From: Nemertoderma westbladi
Taxonomy: Eukaryota; Animalia; Xenacoelomorpha
Assembly: GCA_032718475.1 (NCBI GenBank)
Contig: JAUCBJ010002207.1
Location: 1-60,087, forward strand
Length of the DNA stretch: 60,087 nt
Direction of reading: 5' to 3'
This document shows, one piece after another, positions 1 through 12,489 of this stretch (position 1 is the stretch's first letter; each line of letters starts with the position of its first letter). The notes under the pieces were generated by a model that saw only the letters and a list, made by a program, of their open reading frames with translations, was not told where the DNA came from and did not search any database. A program made the position numbers and the translations under genes.

Positions 1-1111
1 ATGGAAAAAGTAAGTGAAATCCATTGTCAAACAACATGCGATTATTGTAGAGATGGAAAAAGTAAGTGAAATCCATTGTCAGACAACATGCGATTATTGT
101 AGAGATGGAAAAAGTAAGTGAAATCCATTGTCAGACAACATGCGACTATAGTAAAGATGGAAAAAGTAAGTGAAATCCATTGTCAGACAACATGCGATTA
201 TTGTAGAGATGGAAAAAGTAAGTGAAATCCATTGTCAGACAACATGCGACTATAGTAAAGATGGAAAAAGTAAGTGAAATCCATTGTCAGACAACATGCG
301 ATTATTGTAGAGATGGAAAAAGTAAGTGAAATCCATTGTCAGACAACATGCGACTATAGTAAAGATGGAAAAAGTAAGTGAAATCCATTGTCAGACAACA
401 TGCGACTATTGTAAAGATGGAACAAGTAAGTGAAATCCATTGTCAGACAACATGCGACTATTGTAAAGATGGAAAAAGTAAGTGAAATCCATTGTCAGAC
501 AACATGCGACTATAGTAAAAATGGAAAAAGTAAGTGAAATCCATTGTCAGACAACATGCGATTATTGTAGAGATGGAAAAAGTAAGTGAAATCCATTGTC
601 AGACAACATGCGACTATTGTAAAGATTGAAAAAGTAAGTGAAATCCATTGTCAGACAACATGCGACTATTTTAAAGATGGAAAAAGTAAGTGAAATCCAT
701 TGTCAGACAACATGCGACCATTGTAAATATGGAAAAAGTAAGTGAAATCCATTGTCAGACAACATGCGACTATTGTAAAGATGGAAAAAGTAAGTGAAAT
801 CCATTGTCAGACAACATGCGACTATTTTAAAGATGGAAAAAGTAAGTGAAATCCATTGTCAGACAACATGCGACTATTGTAAAGATGGAAAAAGTAAGTG
901 AAATCCATTGTCAGACAACATGCGACTATTGTAAAGATGGAAAAAGTAAGTGAAATCCATTGTCAGACAACATGCGACTATTTTAAATATGGAAAAAGTA
1001 AGTGAAATCCATTGTCAGACAACATGCGACCATTGTAAAGATGGAAAAAGTAAGTGAAATCCATTGTCAGACAACATGCGACTATTGTAAAGATTGAAAA
1101 AGTAAGTGAAA
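1..1111 (+). repeat. 52-bp tandem repeat (~21 copies, runs off window start) derived from an ShKT exon 3' end plus splice donor
   Basis: Unit atggaaaaagtaagtgaaatccattgtcagacaacatgcgactattgtaaag recurs at 1, 53, 105 and onward; it translates as IHCQTTCDYC(K/R)DGK followed by gtaagt. Confidence 0.95.
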
Positions 1112-1799
1112 ACATATGAACAGTAGGAAACTACTTAGTCAGGTGGCTTAGGGTTAAAAAATATCCATATCACGACAAAGGTGAGGAAAGCACCATTTTT
1201 TCACTATATATGTAAAATTTTACGTAGAATCCATTTCGAAGGGTATCCAAAGCTGTAGTTGAGTGGATGACATTGATATCGATGGATTGAAAGAGTAAGA
1301 AAATTTAAATTAACAATTATAATATTTGTGTTTATTCACAGAAAACATACATGACACTGCGTATTATTATAAGCTTATTATACCAGCTCTGTTGAAACGT
1401 TTTAGAAAGGTTTGTTTCGCAGATAGATGAACTTGATGATGTTTCGGATACATTACTCAACATAATCATCAAATATATTTCTGTTGTTCACACCAGAGAG
1501 AGGCCCTACAGCTTATTAAATTAGTTTTAGTTAATCGACTTGGAATGTAGCGGTACAGGTAACCATAGCCCCATATACGGGAGTTGACCATGATAGAAAA
1601 GAATACGTACATTTTTTATATACAGTATGTCTCCGTCCATTTTACAGCTCAGCTATAATAATTGTAAATAGTTAAAGAGTTTACATGTATTACACTCGAT
1701 TTGCCATCCATGAATATTGTAAGAACTCCTTATCATTCGCCGAATGAAGGGGGTATTTGCGATCTATGTGGCGGCGTGGAAACAATATATACCATCTGC

Positions 1800-2099
1800 T
1801 TAAATAACAGCCAGATACCTATCTTTCTTTTTTGATAACTCTTCAATTATCCTTCTAAGTGCCAAAATGGGTTCCATGGTCCCACGACCTCTACGGAACC
1901 CATTCTGATTTCCAAGGAGCAGTCTCTCAATGGGATCCCTGATGCGATTTAATAGAATTCTATTGTATAGCTTTGCAGCAATCGAGATAAATGAGATTCC
2001 CCGAAAAGAACCATAGAGTGTTAGGTTGCCCTTCTTGGGAACTGGCACCAACTTATTTGTTTGGTCTGTAGACATTCTACATAGAGTAGAAGATTTCAT
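1800..2099 (-). pseudogene. Non-LTR retrotransposon reverse transcriptase fragment (RTE-like)
   Basis: VPKKGNL..FRGISFISIAAKLYNRILLNRI...NQNGFRRGRG is the N-terminal part of a LINE RT; truncated on both sides. Confidence 0.85.
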
Positions 2100-3118
2100 T
2101 CACGGTGAGATCTAACAAATATCAGAATGAGAGCTTCAATCCGCATAACATAATCAAAGAAATGGAACGTTGGTTTGATTAGTTTATTATTTCTCCAGCT
2201 ATCTTGATCATAACTATTTATTTACAATACATTCGTCATATGCTTGCGATTGCAAAATTGCCTAAGCTTCTGTTTAGCGCCTCATATACAGTAACCAACG
2301 ATGTTATATGATGAAGGTTTGTCCAGGTCAATTTGCCGCAGGAATCGACGAACATACCTGGTATCGATTATATCGGCCATGAGGGTTAGTAGAATTATTA
2401 GTTAGAGAATTATCGGGGAGCCAAATACGGAGTCTATCCATTGCGAAAGCAAAGGGCTGGAAGACACTCCCATAAATGCTTTATTATGGTTATACCGCGG
2501 CATAAGCCAAGGATGAGGATTTCGTATTCCTGCATTGCAACCTGCATTGCAGTCTAAAACATCAAAGCTGCAACTTGCATTACAGGTGAATGACCATATA
2601 AGTCCATTGAAACCAAATAATCCTACGAACAGGCTAGGCTTCTTGCTAGGCTTCTCCTATAATTATAATTAATGGGAGAGAATAAAATGTTTTCGATTTA
2701 ACAATAATTGATAAATGGGCTTGACAGAAGTACGCGTGCAGTAACATCTGCCATGGTAACTTGATGTGCGCAATATGTCATTGTAATATTTGAAACTTTC
2801 AGAAGAATCAGCTATTCCCTGACTATTTCAGATTCCACAAGAGGTTCAACCCAGCCAGAAGAATCTAGAATGTCACCTACACAAGTCCACAACGTATGAA
2901 GACCTCCCATCATTAATGTACAGTAACTTTAGTCTTACCAAGGATATTAGGATAGACCCATTGAACTTGTTTGCTTATTGCATTCAATGGTTCGCACCAC
3001 AATACTATCTGTTGTCAATATTGTTAATATTTGTCTATTGAAAAATATTATTAAAAATTAATATTATTTTTCAAAACTTCTAGCTAAACAATAAAATTCT
3101 AACTACCTTAAATATCAC

Positions 3119-3635
3119 GGTACTAGTATAGTATGTATAACCGGTATTAGTATAGTATGTATACAGGAAATTTGTAAGAACCTTTGTGATTTTATTGGGG
3201 TTATTGTTGTCTTTATTGATATTGGTGAATGTTCTGGAACATTACTCGAAAATTTTGAAATTATATATAAAAAACATTTGTTAAAACAATTAGAATTCGA
3301 AAGAAAATATCTACAAATATCTATCAATATTTTTTTCAAAAAATACAACTAGTAAAAAAACACACTAGCTACCATATAAAAATATCTATTAAGGTTCTAG
3401 AATATTCACCAATATAAAAAAAACACTATAAAACAATATTATATTTTTTAATTTTCAAAAAATAGTAGCTAGTATAAAAAAAACGAGCCATCATAAAAAA
3501 ATGTATACTAAGGTTCTAGAACATTCACCAATGTTCTAGAACATAATAAAATGCCATAAAACCAAAATAGACACAACTGTGCTGTATACATTACATACTG
3601 TACTAGTACTGGTTATACATACTATACTAGCTACC
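3119..3635. mobile_element. MITE-like inverted-repeat element nested in the Academ-like element
   Basis: ctagtatagtatgtataaccggtattagtatagtatgtatac at ~3123-3163 is inverted at ~3585-3630. Confidence 0.55.
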
Positions 3636-4464
3636 ATCTTGCTATCAGAAGGTCAAATGTTTATTCTGGAACATAAAACCTCTTGGTACATTAATAACTA
3701 TACTGAAATAAGACAACAACATTCAAGTGCATGGTGTTGTTATTTGTGAAATAATACATGTAACACATTTACAGTTAGCTATAACATTTCTAGAACATGG
3801 TTACTATGTGAAAGATTGACTTTTTACTTAAAATTTTCCAAGTTCGTGATAAAAGTCTCTAATTTCATTGATGATGTTCTTTACATCGAATGTATTTTAT
3901 GATATTGAACAGGGAAGTCTTATTTATTTATAAAATGTTTGTTAATATAACGAAATTAATCAATGATAGATGGAACAACGTAATGCTACAAGTTTTAAGA
4001 AATAATATCAAGATTTGACTGTGAATGGAAGTGTTTTAATGTCGTACTTCAAATACTTCTCACAGTTCGGCAATGTCATCTACGAGTTAAATATAAAAAA
4101 ATTTTAATTCCTAAGTCCTTGTTGTACGTTATTACCAAAAATCGTTTACTGTAAGAAAACATTACAATTTTAAGTTCACTCAACCCATCGATATCAATGT
4201 CATCCTCTCAACTACAGCTTTGGATACCCTTCGAAATGGATTCTACGTAAAACTTTACATATGTAGTGAAAAAATGGTGCTTTCCTCACCTTTGTCGTGA
4301 TTTTTTCCCTAAGCCACCTGACTAACTAGGATATACCCGGAATTATAAACACGATTCTATATTATATGCACCAGCTAATATGCTACTACTTTTTATTACA
4401 AAATTTTCTAGAACATGAATAGCTAAGTATTAATAAGGGCCAGCTTTCCATTGGTACAAACAAT

Positions 4465-4700
4465 CAGCTATAAGGTAGAAGAATAACTGCGGTGTAACTG
4501 GTGTGATATCGCTGGAGACACTTTTTTTAAACGCTTGTACCTAAAGATTGAAAGCAAAAATAAAAATTCTGGCTCACCCAGTCAGTGGTCGTGAGGTGAA
4601 ACTATCTCTGTTTCAAATTTCATGCAATCTCATTAAGATTTTTAGAAAAATTAGGGGGGGGGGGGGCGTGTCACTGAATTACGACACTATATTCTGGGAC
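4465..4700. repeat. Dispersed repeat fragment related to ~19222-19450
   Basis: Shared blocks gaataactgc, gatatc..tggagacactttt, aagattgaaagc.aaaat.aaa.ttctg and aaatttcatgc.atctcattaagattt at both loci. Confidence 0.55.
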
Positions 4701-5014
4701 ATGGTGTATATATATATTGTGTTTGTGATATTCTGTAACATCTATACAAGTTGTATCTGTTTATGTTCGGGCCTTGAGAATTTAGAAACTATAGCTATAG
4801 TGTCAGCTACAGGTGTATTGTAGTTGTCTAACCATATTGGGAACATAAAATAATTGTAGAATGTAAATAATATTCCTTTATTATTACTGATTACAGCTGC
4901 TTGGTCTAGTGGTGACATAAAGTTTTAGGTAATTTTCCTATTTACATTCCTCCATATGTACAGGAAATTAAACGAATTATTCATTCATATTCATTCATTC
5001 ATTCCTTCATTCAT

Positions 5015-5240
5015 TACTGTGCTTCCGATTAGGGAGCCTGGGTTCGATCCCTAGATGGGGCAGCACTGTTTGGGCACAGTGCTTTAAATGCTGCAGCCTA
5101 GCCAAACCCCGGCTTTCATCCTTGAGTGGTCGATAAATGGGAACCATGGCAACTTGGGAAACAGAGTGGAAGGGTTTACTGTGGAAGATCATCCATGGTG
5201 GTGAACAGGTATTCCTTGGCTTATAGATTCTCCCATTCAT
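5015..5240 (+). mobile_element. tRNA-derived SINE fragment
   Basis: B-box gggttcgatccc at 5040-5051 followed by SINE-core-like sequence (gagtggtcgataaatgggaacc); flanked by (ttca)n. Confidence 0.55.
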
Positions 5241-5268
5241 TACTGATTATTATTTATTTTGTAAATAG

Positions 5269-5400
5269 CTTGCGTTGAACGAAAAGATTCAACAGATATT
5301 TGTATTGGTTTAGCGGAAAGAGGAGAATGTGAGAAGAACCCAATTTACATGTACACTCACTGCCAAACCTCTTGTGATCATTGTGCGGATGGCCATGAAG
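5269..5400 (+). CDS. ShKT (ShK toxin-like) domain exon, phase 1-1
   Basis: ag acceptor at 5267-5268 and gtgggt donor at 5401. Translates ACVERKDSTDICIGLAERGECEKNPIYMYTHCQTSCDHCADGHE, matching the six-Cys ShKT pattern C..C....G.C..NP.YM...C..SC..C. Confidence 0.9.
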
Positions 5401-5895
5401 GTGGGTCAACAATCGTAAGGTATCATCCCCCAGTTATCTAATTATTGTATATCGCTTATTTACAATAAAATTGATAACCACTAAATTATTGAGATTTTTG
5501 GACTTTCTGAATAAAATTTCCCGGTTTGTTCCTGGGGTATAATAATTAAATGACCATCATATTGTAATACAAGGTATAAGCGAACTGAGAAAGTTAGAAA
5601 CTCTTTGCGTTTTTGTTCAATTTGTATCATTGGACGACACTGATCATGGAAAAGTGAAGTCAATAACCTTAGCAACCATTTACCTTAGTGAAACAGTTGC
5701 AGCAACCATTGGAATCACTTGTGTGTGAGTCATTCATTAGGCAGGGTGCCATATATTTACAGTAGGTCTACATGATGGGCCTGAATCCATCCTTAGTTTA
5801 CTAATTCTTATCATATTAATCTACATATTACTGTTTTTCTAGGTTTTGGATCGCTTTTGTTTATTTATTTTATTTCTATTTTGTATCTTTATTAG

Positions 5896-6080
5896 ATATT
5901 ACGTTGAAAGGCCGAAACGCACGGAAAATTTGCGATGTGGCTTGTAGCAGCGCACCGGCGATGAGAGAGTTTTGCGGCTCTCTTCCATTGTGGTTCTCCG
6001 TTCCTTGCGAGGGCATTCTAGATTTAATAGGAACAACTGCCGGACAAACAGCCTGCCATGCGTTCTGTAGCATATTGTAA
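5896..6080 (+). CDS. Terminal exon of the ShKT gene encoding a six-Cys domain
   Basis: Long polypyrimidine tract ending ttag at 5895; phase 1 matches the ShKT exon; open to TAA at 6078-6080: (D)ITLKGRNARKICDVACSSAPAMREFCGSLPLWFSVPCEGILDLIGTTAGQTACHAFCSIL*. Confidence 0.75.
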
Positions 6081-6799
6081 CTGGAAATTACTTCAACATT
6101 GTATTTTAACGTCTCTGCCTTTATTTTATATTGTGTTTGCTGTTACTGATATTTTTATGTATACTGTAGTGTTCTGTACAGATACAACAAACACATTGAT
6201 AACTGTAGTTTCCATAGTTACCATATGCTACATAGCATAATTTTAACTAGAAGCTTCAGTATCAATATTTGTTGTCTCTTTTCTTATTTTATTTGCTGAG
6301 ATTATGTTTGATTTCTTTTTTATTTGTAATTTTTCATCGTAATCTACTGTTACTGCCCCGTATATTCCACTATATATCAAGAAATTATGTGAACTTTTAA
6401 CCGATAAATCGTAAATATATACCTTCCTATTGGATTAGTTATATTTATTATTATGAAATTGATAAATCTATTTCCATCATTTGGTAAAATAATAGATAAA
6501 TGGATTAAAAAACAAACCAAAACATTTGTTAATTATAATCTGAATTAAAACGGTTTAGGAACATAAAAGCGAAGAGTGAGTTTTACAATATATATTATTA
6601 TGAAATTTTGATTATTGGAGGAATGGATTTTTTTTACTGTTAGTATTTTTTTAAGCCTTAACTGCTTTTAATATCAATAATTGCACGAAATACAAATAGG
6701 AGATGTAAAGATTGCGATATGCAAATTCACAAACCATTACAATAATGTAGCAAAACTCCCACTTCAATCACTGCACTCTAATTATTCCGGTTTCTGCCA

Positions 6800-7605
6800 G
6801 GGTCTGAGCTCGACGATGATGCAGTTTATGACTCCGTGACCCCCGCAGGCACACGAGAGCCGACTGAACAAGGGCGAAACAAAAGGCCGTAGAGTGACAC
6901 AGTTAATGAATACGGAACTCCCCTCTTCTGTGACAGAAGCAAACTGACCCGGTTCACTAAAGCATGGGCACTTCGGCTCCCGGCCGAAGCCGGGAGCCGT
7001 ATGTCCGTGTATGGACAGAAACCTGCCCCTTCCACGGTGTTGATTCGATCCTCGTATTTTTGGCGCTTCTCTCCTTCATGCTTCGCATAGACTGCACTGA
7101 CCGGGGGTTAGAGGAACACAGAGGATTAAAAACTCTAACGTACACAAAAACCCTCTCAAACTGACCACCCCAAACTCCACTGGAAGCAACATCTAGCCGA
7201 GCATCATCCTGCCTTGAAGTGCTCCGAAGGCGAAACTGTTCGTTTTCGACCGGTTTTAAGTGTGACTCGGTCTCAACACTATGGGCGACCTCCGACTGAA
7301 GTTCTGCCAAGTAGTCACGAATAGCATTGTGACGGATACTGGGGAACCCACCATTGGGACAGTGAAGTCAATGTGATACTGTAAAGGTACTGTAGAACCG
7401 CAAACACAAGTACAGTAGATGGGAATCGCTGAAACCGTAAGCCGAATCGTAAGCACAAACTGTCCAGGAAAGCGGTTTTATGGAGGGACATTCCGTGTTT
7501 AGTGATAGGGGGAGCTGTCAGCCAAGCTGATGCACCTTTCTCTTTGGCGAGTTTCCTGTGGTACCGGGTGTCTTCGTCAAGTGCAATGGAATACATAAAA
7601 CACAT
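6800..7605 (-). pseudogene. Decayed RLE-type (CRE-like) non-LTR retrotransposon C-terminus
   Basis: Frameshifted motifs EKGASAWLTAPPITKHGMSLHKTAFLDSLCLRFG and DDARLDVASSGVWGGQFERVFVYVRVFNP (restriction-like endonuclease region). Confidence 0.8.
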
Positions 7606-8234
7606 AGGAATGTATTTTAATGTTCAGTATTACTTACATACAGTAGGCCTACATATATTTTTTTTTAAGTAATAGAAAAGTGTTTAATATCATATGATGT
7701 AATACTAAGTAAAGTAAATGTAAAAGTAAATTTACAGAAAAATGGCAGAGTTAGTAATAATTTTGAAAGCAGATTATAAAGTGAGTTATCAATCCGAGGC
7801 CACTTCCTCCAAAGGCCGTGTTGTTGACAACGGGGTGTGCAGCGAACGATGCATAATACGATGCGACACTTCACCCATTACATGACGCTGTCATATGGCT
7901 TATCCTAAGTTCGGTGTAGGCTGAATTCACCCTATCTGGCCCGGGCTATTTTAAAACGTAATTGGCCCGGGGGGGGGGGGGGTGTCGTATTAGAAATTTG
8001 GCCCCCAGGACAAAAATTACAAGTAAAAAAAGGTCAAACTAAAATATTTTGAGTTTGGTTTGATAATTCCGAAAGTAGGCCTATATACTCCAAATATATA
8101 CCACAAATATATTGATTTTAGTGAATTATAAAAACTTTTGAAAATTTTAGCTCGAAAAATTCTTGAGATGGGTGCCAGAAAGGGACCACGAAAGAGAGTT
8201 GGACATTTAGGTGGAGGATAATTTCTCAATCTAG

Positions 8235-8836
8235 GTTTCAGGGCGTTCACTGCTGCTGGAGATCCTGGTTTACAAGGTGTTGGAAGACAAGGATTCCGTG
8301 GTATTGGAGGGTCAGCCTTCACAGGTGTTGGCCTAGCTTTGGAAGGTGTTGGAAGTCGAGGATACCCAGGTGTCGGAAGTCAAGGATACCCAGGTGTCGG
8401 AAGTCAAGGATACCCAGGTGTCGGAAGTCAAGGATACCCAGGTGTCGGAAGACAAGGATACCCAGGTGTCGGAAGACAAGGATACCCAGGTGTCGGAAGT
8501 CAAGCATACCCAGGTGTTGGAAGTCAAAGATTTCGTGGTGTTGGAGGGTCAGCCTTCACAGGTGTTGGAGTTTCCAGGTTTCAAGTTGTTCGAGGGTCGG
8601 CCTTTGCAGGTGTTGGTCTAGGTGTACAGGGTGTTGCAGGTCCAGGATACCCAGGTGTTGGAGGGTCGCCGCCCATAGGTGTTGGAGGCTCAGGGATAAA
8701 CTTTGGTTTGATGAGGAATTCTAATTACAAGTCTACAAACAACCATTTACAAACAACTTTTCCATTATTCAGTGTTTTCCAGAACGTCACGTTGTTAAGT
8801 ATCCTTGTACACAAGGCGCTTAATACTTGCAATTAA
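8235..8836 (+). other. Low-complexity ORF with 24-bp tandem repeats (GVGSQGYP on +; PTPGYP-rich with stops on -)
   Basis: Unit ggtgtcggaagtcaaggataccca repeated ~7-8 times at 8345-8530; + frame open from 8222 to 8836; coding strand and coding status uncertain. Confidence 0.4.
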
Positions 8837-11287
8837 TTAAAACAACGTTTCTTTTGTTTTTTTTTGCCTTACTCAATTCTAAGCGTTTCAGTTACTATGG
8901 AGACATTTTGTAAAACGAGCGCGAGCGGTAGAATTAGCCAGATCTAGAATGTTATTTGATAGTAACTCTTTATTTATAATTACTCTTATTCATGATATTT
9001 GTTATGCTTTAAAAATGGCCAACATGCAAAAATTTTACAAAAGCATGAAAATTGCTATGATGAAGCGCAAAAGTGGGGTGAATATGAAAATAACTGGCTC
9101 CTCGAAAAATTCGCATATTAAGGGTGCCCCTCCTTCCAATATTACCATGGCAACAGGGGGTCATTTGCAAAACATCACTTTTGACGACTCCTACATAATT
9201 ATAACCCTTACCTACACTTAAATCGCCATCGGAGATTCGATTGTGGTAATTTTCAAAACCCTGTTGACATGGCAAATACTCGGAATACTTCAAACGTCCT
9301 TTTACAGTAAATATCACGATTTTGTTAAACTGCTGCCTAATACGTGTTCCCCATCCGCCAAAGTCATGAAACATTATAAATATATTGTGCATGTCCCACT
9401 TATCATTTCTAGTAGTGGCTTCATTTCGATGGATTCGCAGCTTCCCTGTAACCATGGAAAAAAGCAAATAATGACCTTCTGATGTTTTGTCATGTGAAAT
9501 GCAATTACCATGAAAGTAAAATAAAATCCATTTTGGGTCAAGTACCTTGAACACTGCTAAGTTCAGACAATTAAGTCCCGACCAAGTATGTCTGTCTCTG
9601 TTGCCTGGCAACTGAAATCAATCGGTAATCTGCGGAAATTCTCAAAAAAATCATATTGTACTTCAACTGCGTCCATGTGTCTATATGTCGGTTGGTTAGT
9701 CGGTCGGTTGGCTACCCTGCAAACCATAGTAACATTAAAATAATATTTTTTAACATCTTTATTCAAATAATAAAATATTAAAGTTCAAATGTTAAACTAA
9801 TGCCAGTTTTAATATTTTTTTGGCAAAGCGCTCGGACCCTGTGCAATAAAAGTGCACTTTCGGCAGTATTCGGTAACCAATATTAATCAGTGTTATTTTA
9901 ACATTGGAATTCTAATAGTTAGTGAATTTCCCACCCTTAACATTCTAATGTTATTCTAACATTAAGCTAATATTGGAATTATTTCATAGCATTCTCATAG
10001 CATTCCTGATTTATTTTCTCACTATTTTCTCATTATTATTCTAAAATTAGTACAACAATACTAAAACATTATGATTTTAATGTTATTAAATGCATGTTGG
10101 TATTATCTTGTAATACTAAGTTTCCATATAAACATTAAACAATGATATTTCAATAAATGTGATACTAATTTTCTATATGCAATAACTTATTACTAGACCT
10201 GAACAAAATTGGTGTGGTTTGTTTTATAATATAACAGAATGAGAATGGGTGAAAACGCTATTTATTAATATTATAATCATAATGTCAATAATAATGTTAG
10301 CATTATGTGTTAACGCGTTGAAAATAGTGAAATGATACCACGACGCATTTTTTTTATTTAATCTTATAATCTTATAGCAAATATATAGATATATTTACAG
10401 TATTTATAGTAATGTCTGTTTAATCCCCAATGTAGTGCTAATCTCGTAGGTATAAAAACACAGAACTTTCCGATACCTAATAGGACATCTATTACAATTT
10501 AATTATTCATTTGGAAGAAACATTTAAAATATTGATATACAGTAATTATAGGTAGGCCTACATTATGCTGCATATGTATACAGTATATTAATATGTTCAG
10601 GTCGAATCAATCCATTACTGTTCCATTACGATTCATTACGATTACTCCTCAGCTCCTCCAACTTTTCTTGCACTGTAAAATAATTAAGATTAACATTATT
10701 AAAATTGCAAGTTGACAGCGAAGCGGTATTCCATGAAATAAGTTAAGAAAATTATGTTATAAATCCTCAAACCCAAACCGACCCACCCAGCACTCACCCA
10801 AATGCATAATGCATATTTAAAACATATACACAAATCCACTCCTGTTATTTATGTAATACAAAACTATCTTTCTTTGTATACCCTTGATCACACCATTATA
10901 ATTATACTATTTAATTAAATTTCGAAGTCTATACTATACAGTACATTATAATTTATATTATACTTACATGTACTTAGATCCACCAGCGCGCCACGCAACT
11001 TGAACAAAATAATTCGTAATAGCCTTCTCCACCTCCGCGTCAATACCATAGTGTTCAGTGAGAGAAGCTAGGAGATATCAAATTGAAATTTAATTTAAAT
11101 TTGTATCTCATGACTGAGCCTCGTGCTGCGCGAAGGCCACACGGACGTGTTATGTTATAGGTTATGTTACGAGCTTCAAACTATAGCAGTTCGTCCTCGG
11201 GTACAGAATAAAGTTATTTACTTTACTTTCTTTGCATAAAATGAAACACATAATAATTATTATGTTCAAATGGTGAATGCGGTGAAT

Positions 11288-11510
11288 GTGGGGCGAGCCA
11301 CGAAAGTAAGCGAGCTTAGCATACGGGTACCACTAACTCTATCGGTGTGTCTGTTGATCTGTTGTTCTAATGGCCTGTTAATCCGAGCGAATTTTTAAAT
11401 GTTTCCGTTAATAACTCAGCTAATGCTCGATGAAATCTTACCAAACTTGGTATAAGTTTGGTACACAGAATAGTACACTGTCTCATATAGGCTCTCGCGC
11501 TGCGCGAATT
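11288..11510. mobile_element. Helentron-like non-autonomous fragment in an ORF2 intron
   Basis: Begins gtggggcgagccacgaa, the reverse complement of the 25214-25230 end of the element at 23948-25230; a related end motif lies at ~11120-11140. Confidence 0.5.
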
Positions 11511-12489
11511 AACAATGTGTCAATAAATTTCTGATAGTATATGCCACCTTGCATTAGCGTCCATGGTATATTTCTAGAGTACCGGTATAATATGTATTGT
11601 AACAATTCCATATCGGTAGTAACAATTCTAACCTTTAATACATCGTAGAATGTTAGGAAAGGTGGTTGAAAAACTTATTTTCCCGATGGCATGTCTCGCG
11701 GTTTTCGCATATTTTTCGGCGAGTGATGCTTCCATCCAGCGTCCACAGATTTCAAAACTCGCAGCCGATAGTGTCTTTAATTGGGAAAAGTTGGAGAATT
11801 CGTCAATCTACAAATATTAGAAAATAACTCTTCACTTACTAACATTGTAATGCTAAAATTTATAAACAATTACATTTATTATTAATTACTGATCTATATC
11901 TAGAATAAATAATATTAAATCAAAAGAATACGTTTCTAGAACGTAGCAAGCAAGGAAACAGACGGTAGAAGCCGGAGGAGACATAAGGGATACTTTAAGG
12001 AAAATAAATTGAACTGCAGTATAATACTAAATTGCCTCCAAGCAATTCGTCTCCCCCCTATAAATGATAAAGATTTCATTCTCATTCTCACCTTATACTT
12101 TGCCAGTGCGTTGTTTTCTTCTAGGGCCTTTTCCCATTTTGCTAAATCCCCAGGAGTAGTGGCTGGTAGGGGAACAGGACCTCTGACAGTAGAGTCAGTC
12201 TTTGACTTCCACTCCATTCTTTTCAAAGTTGCTTGGACACCTTTCAACTCCTCCTTTATTTCCACCAAGGAGTGAACAATGTGGTATAGAATGTAATTAT
12301 CACCCACTCCTTGCGCAGGTCCCGTCAACGCACCCAAGGAAGCATCCATCGCCCCAATATGGGCATCGGTGGATTGGCGATGGCGTGAGGGGTTATTTGG
12401 TTGGTCTTCCCTGTTCCCGTACAAGATAGAATCCAAATCGGAAATATCTATTGTAGATAGGGGACCGGCCTGAATTGTTGCTGAAATAG

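Larger units (their letters stand above)
1136..4324. mobile_element. Non-autonomous TIR DNA transposon, Academ-like
   Basis: ~155-bp imperfect terminal inverted repeats (1136-~1290 and ~4180-4324) starting TAGTCAGGTGGCTTAGGG and ending CCCTAAGCCACCTGACTA; ACT on both flanks (1133-1135, 4325-4327). TAG..CTA ends with a 3-bp TSD are typical of Academ. No transposase seen. Confidence 0.8.

Noticed and set aside
1-1111. CRISPR-like array
   Set aside because: Units are contiguous with no unique spacers, no cas genes are present, and the unit derives from a eukaryotic exon end.
5900-5925. Hammerhead-like ggccgaaacg motif
   Set aside because: No CUGANGA core or stems nearby; the sequence is explained as coding exon.
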